Source of the DNA: Camelus ferus
Lineage: Eukaryota
Assembly: GCF_009834535.1 (NCBI RefSeq)
Contig: NC_045697.1
Location: 111,230,001 to 111,294,000, forward strand
DNA: 64,000 nucleotides
Direction of reading: 5' to 3'
Shown: piece by piece, positions 26,277-38,577 of the stretch
Layout: every line of letters starts with the position of its first letter
How positions within the stretch are numbered: position 1 is the first letter of the stretch
The notes under the pieces: generated by a model
Seen by the model: the letters and a program-made list of their open reading frames with translations, nothing else
Databases searched by the model: none
What the model was told of the DNA's origin: nothing
Program-made: the position numbers and the translations under genes

Positions 26277-29125
26277 TTTTGTTTTGCTTTATACAATTTT
26301 TAATTTACATACATTTAAGTGTACTCTTTTTGATGTATAGTTCTATGAATTTGACATACAATAATCCAGATATGGGACAGCTGCATCACTCCCCAAAATG
26401 CCCTCTATGACCAGCCCCTCAAAATCACTGACCCATTTTCTCTTCCTGTGAATTTCCCTTTTCCAAAGATTGGTATCATCTATGCTGTCTTGTGAGTCTG
26501 GCTAATTTCATTCAGCGTAGTGCACTTGATGTTCATCTATGTTGCTGCATTTAGTAGCAATTTCTTCCTTCTTATTGCCCCATAGAATTCCATTATATGG
26601 AATTTCCATAAATGTTTATAAGATTCCCCCTTGAAGGGCACTTGAGTTATTTCCAGTTGAGAAAATTGTGAATAAAACACCTGTAAAATGTTTTGTGGGA
26701 ACATACGTTATCATGTCTTTTGAGTGTAACACTGTGGAATGAAGTTTTAGGTAATGTAGTAGGTGTATACTGACCCTTACTTGGAACTTCTGAACTGTTT
26801 TCTAAGTGTCTGGCTCTCATTTTGCATTTCCACTAGCAATATATGGAAGCTCCACTTGTGTATAGTCTCTCCAGCCATCTGTTAGTGTTGGGTTTTTTTT
26901 TTTTTTTCTGTTGTTCATCTGATTGTTTTTTGCTACCCTAATATGTGTATAGTGATATAATTTTAATCTGCATTTTTCTAATGATTCACCATTTATGTAC
27001 TTATTTGCCATCTATGTGTGTTGTTTGATGAAGTGTCTGATCTAATCTTTTTGCCATTTTTATTTGAGTGTGTACTTTCTTTTTATTACTTAAGAGTTTT
27101 CATATATATGAAAGATGTATCATATCTTTACCAAATGTGTGATTTGAAGTGTTTTTTGCCATGCCCATGGTTTTTTTTTTTTCATTTTCTTAAAAGTGAC
27201 TTTTGCAAAGAAGTTTTTAATTTTGATGAAGTCCAATTTATCAAATTTTAATTGTGCTTTTCCATCACAAAGTCACCAAAGAGCTAATTCTAAAAACTCT
27301 TTACATCTTTCAAGGTCACAAATATTTTCTAGAATTTTTATACTTATAGGTTTTGTACTTAAGTCTATGATCCATTTGGAGTCATTTTTTGTATAAAGTA
27401 CAAGGTATGAGTCAAGGTACTTTTTGGGTGGGGGGAGGCCTATGGCTGTTCAATTGTTTCAGCACCTTTTGTTGAAAAGACTCTCTTTTCTTCACTGAAC
27501 TGCCTTAGCACATTTGTTAATAAAAGCATTTGACCACATTATTGTGGGTCTGTTTCTGGACTCTCTATTCTGGTCTATGTGCTCTATTCATCTATAATTT
27601 CACCAACATCACGCAGATTTCTGTAACTTTATAGTAAGTCTTGAAATTGGGTGAGTTCTTCCAGTATTTTCTTCACATTTAAAGGTGTTTTGTTTAAAGG
27701 CTATTCTAGCCTTTTTCCATATAAATTTTAGAATCAGTTTATCACTACCTACAAAAATATTTTTTTTTAGATTTTGATTGAGAGTGCATTGAATCTATAG
27801 ATCACAAAGAAAATTAACATATTGACAATAATTAGTCTTCAATCCATGAACACAGAGTATCTTTCTACTTATTTAGATCTTATTTGTTATTTTTCATCAA
27901 TCTATGTAGTTTTCAGCATATAGATTCTGCACATAATTTTATAGATTTACACCTAAGTATTTTATTTTTTGGTGTTATTGTTAACTGTACCAGTTTCATT
28001 TTCATTTCAATTGATCATTGCTAATATAGAGAAATAGAACTTTTTTATATTGGCTATGTATCTTGTGACCTTCTTAAATTCACTTGTTAGAGGAGTTTTT
28101 TTATAGATTCATTAGGATTGTGTACAAATTACAGAGTATAGATACCGTGTCATTTCTCCCTTTCCAATCCAGTACTGGTTATTTATTTTTCTTATGTTAT
28201 TGCATTGCTTAGGAATTTCACTATGAATGTGAATAGTGTTTATGAAAGAGGATATCCTTGCCTTGATCTCAGTCTTCATAGCTAAGAATTCAATCTTTCA
28301 CCATGAAGTGTGACGTTAGCTGTTGGATTTTTGTGGATTAGTTTGCTAGGGCTCCTGTAACAACGTACCCCAGACTAGATGGCTTAAACTACAGGAATTC
28401 CTCTCAGGTCCGAAGGGCAGAAGTCCAAGATCAGGATGCCAGCCGGTCTGATTTCTTCTGAGGCCTTTGTCCTTGGCTTGCAGATGGCTGCCTTCTCACT
28501 GTGACCTCTCATGGCCTTTTCTGTGTGCCCACATTCCCAGTGTCTCTGTGTCCAAATTTCCCCGTCCTATAACAAGGTCCTTTATCAAGTCAAGGAAGTT
28601 CCTTACTAGTTTCCAAATTAGTTCTCAGTTTGCTAAGACATTTTTTTCATGAATAGGTGTTAGATTTTATCAAATGCTTTTCTGCATTTTTTGAAATGAT
28701 TATATGATTTTTCTTCCTTCATTTGATGATATGAATTGTATTGACTGATTTTTTTCAATGTTCAGCCAGTCCTGCATTCTTGAGATAAACCTATTGGTCA
28801 TGCTGTATTATTACATTTTATATTGTTGAACTTGATTTGCTAATGTTTTGCTAAAGATGTTTGCATATATGATTATGAAAGACATTAGTCTTCATTTTTT
28901 CTTTTTTTGCAATGTCTTTGGTTTTAGAATAAGGATAATGCTGAGGTTATAAAATGAGTTCATTCTCTTTTATTTTCTAAATAACATTATGTATGATTTA
29001 TATTGTTTCTTTTTTATACTAGGTAAAATTTGCCATTGAAGCCATTTAGGCCTAAAATTTTCTTCTTTGGGGTGTCTATGAATTCAATTTCTTTGATAGA
29101 TATAGAACTTTTCTGGTATAGCTGT
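26277..29125 (-). mobile_element. Older L1 (L1MB/MC-type) 3'UTR plus ORF2
   Basis: T-rich tail at 26277; reverse ORF2 hallmarks ttttgatgaagtccaattta, caattgtttcagcaccttttgttgaaaagact, ttttatcaaatgcttttctgcat. Confidence 0.9.
28333..28577 (-). mobile_element. MaLR LTR fragment (MLT1A-like) nested in L1
   Basis: ttagtttgctagggctcctgtaacaac...agaagtccaagatcagg...ccttggcttgcagatggctgccttctc. Confidence 0.85.
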
Positions 29126-29129
29126 GTTT

Positions 29130-29700
29130 TTTACCATCATTTTCCATAGAGAGAAGAGAAAGATATTCAGTCTTTCCTCCAGCATGGTTGATGAATATTA
29201 TTTTATTAGTATTAGGATGCATAAAATATGAGCCTGCCACATTGACATATTCATTATTCATAGACTATCTACAGCTTCCGCTCCCCAACACAAGAAGTCT
29301 GATTTTATTTTACACAACTTTTAAACAATTCCCATTGAAGAAGGCGAAAATGTTTGTTTTTTTAATGAATACTACTTTATTTTATACTTTATTAAATGTA
29401 TGCTGTATATAGTTACAGAAGAACAGCATGCTTTGCATTTATATTATAACATATATGCAAAATACTTTATTATACTTTACATTCCTGTTATATTATGTAG
29501 TCCTGTTAGAAGAAAACTTTAATTTTTACTAGATGTCAATGAGAACTTATTCTTCCACTCACAATTCTCATGTCTCAGGTTTCAAAGACCCTTCCACAGA
29601 CTTCTGGATTCATAGATTACACACTTTTTTTCATACACTTGGAGATCCCTTAATTGCAGAATGTCACACATTTGACCACATATGGTGATCACAAATATAG
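29130..29700 (-). mobile_element. hAT-Tip100 (Zaphod-like) DNA transposon, right piece
   Basis: Minus strand gives STMLEERLN then, after a frameshift, LSLLSMEND, resembling the hAT C-terminal dimerisation motif. Confidence 0.7.
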
Positions 29701-29719
29701 ATTGCTAAATTCTCACACA

Positions 29720-32700
29720 AAAAGGCCAAGGATATCAGAGAGACTAAAAAGTTGCAACAAAATTCTGACAATGAGACAAATAAAAACTACATAGAAGAGT
29801 TGATGTAAGGCTAAATTAGTCTTGAATAAGAGGAAAGAAAACATGGCAATGTAACTATCAAAAATGTTATAAAAGATAGAAATCTGCATAACTGTAGAAG
29901 GCATGGTAAATAATGAATAAAAATACATGAAAATAATATATAGTAAACAGAATAAAAACTGTATTAATTAAAATTCAATAAAATACAAGGAAAATATACA
30001 GAGATACAATTTCTGCTCAAGGTTTGTCTATAATTGATATTTTAAAAAAAAGAACAAGAAGAACTATCATTAATAAAATTAATTAATAAAATAAGTTGAC
30101 ATAGTAAATGTCAACTTGAAAAAAGAAATGCATCTTATTTTCCAGTGTACACTAGTACTCATGATATGACCATTTAATAAGCCACACACAAAAAAACTTA
30201 ATTTAAAATAATATATGGACGTATTAATTACTACTTTTAATTCATTGACCATGATAGTTTATAAATTAAAACACTTGTAAATGGAAATATTTCCTAGTAA
30301 AATAACTGAATTGAAGAAAAATTCAGTTTTTAAAATTTTTTAAAAGATGAATATAAATATAATAAATACAGCTAAAATATTTTTATCAGAAAAGAAAAAT
30401 TGTAATTTATATTATTTTATTATTTAATAGACAAAAATAACCAGAGTTATGAAAGAAGTTTATGGTTCAACATTTAAAGGATATGCACATAAATGTATTA
30501 AATTTGAAAATGAAAATGAGAATGGCATTAAGTTTCTAGTAAGTTTTAATACCAAATCTACAGAATTAAAACTGGAAGATCTTACAGAGAACTATTTCAG
30601 TAACAAATTGAAAAAGCCATTCAAGAGCTAGTCTCGACCACAGCTGGGGAAGGAAGTCAGTTAAATTTGACAAGCCCTTTCGAGAAATCTTTCAAGCTTT
30701 CAAATTGATGATTTCCTTGTAATTCATATGAAAAAACTTAGAAGAAAAACTCTGAAATTATTCAATGTATTTTGTAAGATAAATGTGTTTTCTATGCTCA
30801 AATTCAGTTAACACCAGTCTATCTCACTTATGAACATAGGTGTGAACAATCCATTTTTAAAATCATGTGCTGACATATAGAATTTAGTTATACTATATAA
30901 AATATCCCACTAAAACTAAGCATAATTCTCTCAGAAACACAAGAATTTTTCAATATAAAAGAAGTCATTTTAAATAGCATTTTAATTAAATAAGAAAAAG
31001 ATATAATAAATTTAGTAGGTGCTGAAAAGATTCAGGAACAGACTGCGAAACTCAGCTGTGCCCCACTGAGAAGCCCTGGAGAGCAGTAAACTGATGGAAA
31101 GTTCCTAAGGCCATTAGAAAGAAGTTGCTGACATGTGTGTATTTCTGAAAGCAGGGAACCAAGAAGAAACACTGGTGGAGTCTGTGAATAAAGGCAGCTG
31201 ATTAGAGCTGGGATGGTGGCCAACAGCAGATTGTGCTAAAGGGACTTGGTACCAAGAGGAACCAGAAAATAGGGGTTACTATTTATGAGGTGGACAGAAT
31301 GGAAACAAAGTAAGGGTGGGCAGACTGATAGCTAGGAACCAGCTCCACAAACACAGGCCTAGGTCGCCCAGGGTTTTCCTTCCATGTGGTCTTGTGGGCT
31401 TGACTTGGCTAGGAGTGGTTTCCTAAAATTACTGAACTACACCACAAGAGTTATCTATTAAATTTCAATACGTCATTCCCAATACTTGTTAACACGATTA
31501 AAAAATACCTATTTTAAATCCTGAAACAGCATTTTAAAGGCATTTCCTTTAAGTAAAATTATAAACTCAAATTGATTAATATTGTTTTTAAAATTCTGTG
31601 GACTGTTTGGACTCATATTGCTGATGGGTGTCTAAAATGGTACAATCACTTTGGAAAAGACATTAGAATCATCTTATAAAATTAAATGTACACTTGTCAT
31701 ATGATATGCTTATGATACAATGAGTTAGACATGAGCGTTCATAGCAGTCTTATTCTTAGCACACTAAAACCTGAAAGAACTTAAATGCTCATCAGAAAGT
31801 GAATGGAGAAATTGTGGTATATACCTATATAACGCGATAGTACTCAGCAATAAAAAGAAATGAATTGCTGATACAAATAAAAACATACATTGACTAAAAA
31901 CATTATTTTTAATAAAAGAAGCTGACACAAAACAGTTCTTACTGTATGATTGCATTCATACGAAGTCCAACATCAAGCAATGCTCCCCTGTACTGACAGA
32001 CATCAGGTCATGTTTGCTTGGGGCTAGTGGTGAGGGAATTGACTGAAAGGAGGCACAAGGGAACCTTCTGGGAGTGATGGAAATTTTCACCATTTTGATT
32101 GATATGGCAATTTTACAGATGTATAAATTTATCAAGCTTGATATAACTGTAAACAAGTGCAATTTATTCCATCCAAATTGTACCTCATTAAAACTGAGAA
32201 TTAAATGAAAAAAATGACCATAATCCAGCAGACACATAACATTGGCTAAGGTTTTTCGACGTGACAGTATCAAGTGTCGGTGAGCATGTGGAGCAATTTG
32301 AACTATTTTACACCAGTGGTAATAAATTGGAATAAATTGGTAAAATCACTTTGTAAAAGAACTTGACAGTATCTACTTTACACGACGTTTTATTGTATAC
32401 CTTGAAGACCCAGTGATTTCATTCCAGAGTGAATACCCGAAAAAATGACATACAAGAATGTTTGTAGCAACACCGTAAAAGTCGAAAAATGCGAACAATC
32501 CAAATAATCGTATAAGATGGAATGGATAAAAATAATACATCTGAATGTTACCCAGCACTGAAAATAAATAAATCACTGCTACATATGTCAGAAGAATCTC
32601 AAAACTTGGTGTTGAGTAAAAGAAGACAAACACAAAAGAGAATGTGCTATATGATGCCCTTCCGTAATCTAATGCGTTAGAAGTCAGTTTCCTTGTTGGG

Positions 32701-33520
32701 AAGAGTGACCGATAGGGGCATGAAGGGATTTGTGCTGATGATCTTGTAGCTTCAGGTGTTAGTTACCTGGTATGTCCACTTCATGAAAATTAGCTGAGTT
32801 TTACACTTACATTTATGTACTAGCCTCTGTTATACTTCAACAAAAAGGTTATTTTTAAAAATTCTGCTTCTATAGTAAGTGAAAAAACGAAAATTCTGGT
32901 TTTAAAACAAAGGAAATAAAACATTGGAAATGTGAAGAGAAGACAACCATTTTCTATTATGATTTTTATCTGTAAAATCCAAAAACAATCAACTAAAGCA
33001 AATTATTCAAATTATTTTAAGAATTTAATAATGTGTCCAGGTAAAAATAAACACACACACATCAAACATGATTAATAGGACCCAAAATATGAAGGGAGTT
33101 TTTATTTTTACTTAGAGAAATAAAAGAATGCATACTATATTTCTGGATACAAATACTATATGTAATAAAATATCAGTTATCCTAAGTTACTGTGTAGGCT
33201 TAATGCAAGACCAATCAATCAAAAATAGATACATAAATAGATAAATATACAGACATGGACATAACTATGGACATAGATATATTCAGATAAAGATATAACC
33301 ATGATATAATTTAGTTGTTCAAAGAAAAGCCAGTAACATCAGGTTATTATATTTATAATATTTATAAAATTAAAAGATATTTTAACAATATTTCAAGCCT
33401 AAAAAAATCTAAATATAATGATTTAATATATGATAAAATATCTGCAAAAATCAATAGAAATTTTTTTTGAGATAACCAGATAGAAGTTTGGGGGATTTTT
33501 TTTCTATAACATATGGCATA
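29720..33520 (+). mobile_element. Highly decayed old L1ME/MC fragments (ORF2 and 3' ends)
   Basis: A-rich sequence with motifs such as aaaatggtacaatcactttggaaaa, atactcagcaataaaaagaaatgaattgctgatac, gggaaccttctgggagtgatggaaa. Confidence 0.6.
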
Positions 33521-34149
33521 AAGCAAAATGCAATTCCTCTCTGACCACAAAATCTTAACTTTCCACACTTCCCACTCCTGCTATAAAATGTGCCCTTTAA
33601 CCTCTTTACAACCCCTAGTCTCCGCAGTCTACACACTGACATGGTTTCATTGGCCTCCCTGTGCATTTGAGGGCAACAGTTTCAAGAGCGCCCACTCTAA
33701 CAATGCAGGGTAATTCCTATCCTGCCCATTGCCAGTCTTGATTAATTGCAGCTACCAGTTTATTCCAAATGAGAGATCACGTGTACAAGCACTTTATAAG
33801 CTTTAGACCGCTATGTAGATGCTACCTGTTAATACCATTTCTCAATCACGGTTCCAGGCTCCTAAGCGCTGCTGGAGAAGCTAACCGACCGGAACTACAA
33901 AACCATGATCTCCAAGGTCAGAGGAACAGCACTGCTACCCAGGAATCAGTCCATCCGTTGTGGTGCAATGCTCTACATCATTTTCCCACAATGGTTTTTA
34001 CAAGTCTTTCCCGCTGTCTTTATACACCCAATCCCATCCAATATCTTTTATTCTTTTTATTCTAGGCAGAATACTGTGTTTCCTATTTGGCCAAGAAAAT
34101 TGCAACCATCTGAAACAAGCTCCCTCAACTTGTGTATCTCTCGCTGTAT

Positions 34150-35070
34150 CTGTAAGCTCTCACTGGACATCTGCAGTCCTCTCCTTGTTCTTTTTGATGC
34201 CTAAGGGTGCGGGGAAAAGGCATCTTTTCTTTGCCAAAGTTCATCCACTCATTTTAATCTCATGCTCTACGACATCCCTTGGGACTTTTTTTCAGCTCTT
34301 TCCCCCTTTGTCTCATACAATTTCAGCATCTTCTTCACTATAATTTATCTCCTTATGCTGACGCCCTTCTCCCTTCACCTTAGAAATGACCTTTCTTGAT
34401 CATCAAACTTCTCGAAATAGTCGTCTCTTCTTAACCTTGATTCATATCCTCACAGTGTTAATAGTTTACAACACGGCTTCTGCTGCCACTAACTTATTGA
34501 AATCATGGGTGAATCCTAAGCACCAAATCTAACTACGATTTCTCACCGCTCATCTTCCTTTACATCTCAGCAACAAGTTGTTTTCCTTGTTTCCCGGAAT
34601 ACAGTGCCTTCCTCATTCCCACGAACGATACTTCTGGATGCTCTTCTCTGCTTCATTCTCTCCTTCATTTCCTCCACATGCCAGTGTTTTCCCCAAGCCT
34701 GCATTTCTCTCACTCAGAGATTGCAACTCACTCTCTGTTTCAAAGATAATTTGTGTTCCTCTTTATCAAAAGCTACTGTCCCCATATTCCCAAATTCCTT
34801 AAAACCTCTATATATCTCATCCTGAAATCTCAAACCCAATATAGACAAAACCATCTCTCTTTAATCTATATCAGATTAACCTCAAAGCACATTTTTCTCC
34901 CCCCTGAAATATTTGCTAACTGAAGTATTTGTCCATACACTTGATCAAGACACTCACTTGTCCTCTATTTCCCTTCTGACTGAGTAGCACAGGACCCCTC
35001 TCATTAACCAGACACATCGGCAATTGGCCTCCTTTCCTGCATTGTCTTTGCTCACTCCTGTCAGCCCCTG
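34150..35070 (+). mobile_element. L2 LINE remnant
   Basis: Pyrimidine-rich; ctcatcttcctttacatctcagcaaca resembles the L2 RT LILLDLSAAF coding segment. Confidence 0.5.
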
Positions 35071-35289
35071 ATCTCCACACCACCTCCTTTATTTTCTAGT
35101 ATTTTGATCTACTAATATTTTTCTTTTACTAAAACTAATATACATAAAATTTTGAAAAGTATAAAAACATTTAAAAATAAACTTGCCTGAAATCTTAGCA
35201 TCTAGAACTTTGCTCACATATATATTTATATTTTATTATATTTATACATATATATGATTCTGATCTGTTTTCTATATAAGTATAGTACA

Positions 35290-35468
35290 ATATCAGATTC
35301 TACCACTTACCAGTGATATGATCTTGGGCAAGTAACTTACTCTCACTAGGCTCAATTTCTTCAATTATAAAATAGAAAAAACTGTATCTGTGTTATAGAT
35401 TTATTGCACAGATTTTTAAAATATTCAAACTAGCTGTCATACAGTAAACATGGAGCATATGGTAGCTT
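35290..35468 (+). mobile_element. MIR SINE
   Basis: ccacttaccagtgatatgatcttgggcaagtaacttactctc...ctcaatttcttcaattataaaatag. Confidence 0.8.
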
Positions 35469-35661
35469 TTTTTTTCACATTGAACATTTTGGTCTTAAAT
35501 ATTCTTCAAAATATTACTTTTAACTGCTCTATAGTATTCCACTGCATGAATGATTTTTTAAAAAATTTACTGTATTCCCTATTACTGGACATTTAGTTTG
35601 TTTCCAATTTTTCATAATTATAAATAACACTGAATTTAACATCTTTGGGCAGGTTTAACAG

Positions 35662-35897
35662 TCATAATGGCCAGCATTTATGTACTGCTTACCATTTGCT
35701 GGGAGCTATGCTAAGTCCATGCATTACCACATTGAACTCTCACTATAGTTAGCACCATTCTATACATGAGTGAAGTACAACTTAGAGAGGTTAAGTAACT
35801 TGCCTAATATCAACTGGTAAATGGAGGAGGCAGGGTTTGAACTTGACTACTCTGACTACCAAGTTTATGCTGATAGCCATTTCACTGCACTGCCTTC
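35662..35897 (-). mobile_element. MIR SINE
   Basis: cttagagaggttaagtaacttgcctaa...ggcagggtttgaact. Confidence 0.85.
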
Positions 35898-38143
35898 TCA
35901 GATTACTGGCAAGCATATCTTCCTGAAACAGGAATTCTAGAATGAAAAGCATTAACATTCAATAAACGTGATGAAATGTTACTTTTAAAATGCTGTACCA
36001 AGTTATACCCCCACCGGTAGCCAAATATGATACAACATGTTACTCAGTGAAGCCACGCTACTGTGTCATTAGAGCTGGTGAGGTTAGCATCTGTTTCTTC
36101 AAGGCTTAACACTATGTTGTCTAGAGAATTTAGCTTTGTTCAGTGGTCATTACTATGTACGATGATCTGATATGCTGATAATAAACAGGGAATAATTGTG
36201 TGCTCCAGTGGACTCCTCCCATATAACTCTGGGTTTGAAAGAGCGGACCATTAGAAGGCAGCAAGAGCACAGTATTCACTGGGTTCTGCACGTCCATTGG
36301 GTGTGTGCAGACCTGGTTGCCACCATGGCAGCTGGAACAAAGCCAGCAGCCAAAGGCTCCAGAGACGGAGGGGGCCAAAGGCTGCAAAGGAGCGCTGATG
36401 CAATCCCCTCCTGGTGCCTGACCATCCTTGATAACTAGGATCTGGACTCTGGAGTGAGATTAGGCAAGCAAACCTATCGTGTAGAGAATGCAGTTTGAAC
36501 CAGGCTTGTTCTATTTCTGTTACACAAGAAAGCTTATCATGAAAAAAGAGTTACCTATCCCTTGCTGGGTGGGCCATCCATCTCTTGTGCGGCAATATAT
36601 TTAATATTCTAAATGCAGAATCTCAGAAATACAGAATCCAACTCTTTAGCACTAAAAGAAATGGCTAATGACTCCCAGGTTTACTTTCAGAGCCAAAACC
36701 TGAAACCCAGAAAATTTATGTACAGTTTGTGAAAAGTCACAGCTACTAGACAGAGAATCAGGGCCACAGCTGCCATAGGGCTTCTGAGTGAGCCTCTGCC
36801 CAGGGCTTTACGACACACGTCCCCTCATCTCAGCAGTCCTCCTTCAGCCTCCCTGGGGATGGCTGCGAGACAGGTTGCCGGGGTACCGGTCCCAAAACAC
36901 CACAGCCACACAGACACCCCTAACCTCCAGACGTGCCCTGACAATCAAGGCCTCAACCCTTAAAACGCAAAAGTCGTCCATTCGTAGGGAACACTGGTAG
37001 CATCTGAGATTCACCGTAGCTTTTTGGACAGAGTGTCAGAGGTCTCAGTGGCACCAGGGAGGACGTGCCTTGCCACAATGCAGCAACACCAGGGTGTGTG
37101 GTGCTCACGCCCAGTCAGTGTGAGACGGTCCCTGACAAGACTCAGCAGCAGGGTGGGCTTCCAGTCTCTCCAGTGGTCTTTCTTCCCAGAGAAAATGGCA
37201 AAAGAAAGTTCATCCGTGGACAGGCGTCACCCACCCCGGAGTACTGATGCTTTTCCTGGGAGTCTGGAAGGTGGTCCTCAAGCTCAACTTAGGTTCTAAG
37301 AACCACGGTCCCCAAACAGGCCCTGACCAGATGGTGGGCTTTATCCTAAATTTGGGAAACGGAATGAGAGGCTTTCTTTCTCAGAGACTTTGAAGTCATC
37401 ACTATCCATCGTGGTCTGTGTGCTCACACTATCTGTCTAAAATGACGCTTCTAAACAGCAGCCCTGAAATTATTCATTTATCAAATACGAAAAGAATGCA
37501 CATTTGTCATAAAGCTCTGATTGCGCCAAGCACCGGAATACGCAAAGCACGCAGCGCCGACCATCTCCTTCCGTTCACGGGTACAAGAATAGGGAGCAAG
37601 GCAGTCTGAAAGTCTACGAAATAAAAAGATTTATTTTCGGTAAAGACTTAAGGAATTCAACACTTAGGAATAATTAGTGTATTCAACTCTGATGTCTGAG
37701 AAATTCTCTGACAACCTGAGAAACAGTCAGATAGTCGGATGTAGGTCTAAGAAGCTAAAACTTGCATTGGGTCACACTTTTGATTGTATCACTTGAATAT
37801 AGGAAAAGGCTACAAACATCTACTGCAAATTCTCCCTGAATTAAAAATTTTACATGAAGATCTAGCGAAACGTCATCAGAAAAGCAAATACGTTTGTGTG
37901 ATTCATTTAGGAGTAAATTCTGATCTAATTTTAGAAATTCGGGGCATCTATTACTTTAGGAAACGCTTGTTTCTAATGATTTTAGTATTTACACTTCAAA
38001 ATTGATTTTTTTTCCTGATCTCGAGAATTCCTTATGTATGATATATTTATGATGTTTCTTAAGCAGCGACCTAAAACCCTGAAAGACTGGAGCGCTCCAA
38101 AAGATTCTAATTTATCTTTCAACAGTATTTAATTTATAATCAC

Positions 38144-38577
38144 TGTAGTGGCTTGAGTAGAGCCTCCCTCCGCCCCCCCGAATTCTTGTCCATCCGAGAA
38201 CTTCAGACTGTGACCTTATTTGGAAATGGGATCTTCGCAGATGTAATTAGTTAAGGATCAAGATGAAATCACCCCGGTTTAGGGTGAGCCCTAAATTCAG
38301 TGAGAGTGTCCTCACCGGAGTCAGAAAAGGACCTGGACACGCAGAGGGAGGCAGGCCACTTGAAGACAGACAGAGGCAGATACTGGAGCGATGCAGCCAC
38401 GAGCCAAGGAGCCTCCAAGAGCTGGAAGAGGCTGGCACGATTCCCCGCCAGGCCCTTCAGAGCATGTGTGGCTCTGCCAGTACCTTGATTTCAGACTTCC
38501 GGCCTCCAGAACCGTGAGAAGATCAGTCTCTGTTAGGTTTTGACAACTTGTTTTGGCAGCCACGAGAAACAAATGCA
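38144..38577 (+). mobile_element. MaLR solo LTR (MLT1C-like)
   Basis: TG...CA; gtgaccttatttggaaatggg, cagatgtaattagttaagg, ttgatttcagacttccggcctccagaaccgtgaga. Confidence 0.9.

Noticed and set aside
31030..31430. GC-richer insert within old L1, possibly an LTR
   Set aside because: No termini, TSD or family motif that I could identify
37802..37891. Coding-looking stretch GKGYKHLLQILPELKILHEDLAKRHQKSKY
   Set aside because: Weak splice signals and no recognisable homologue
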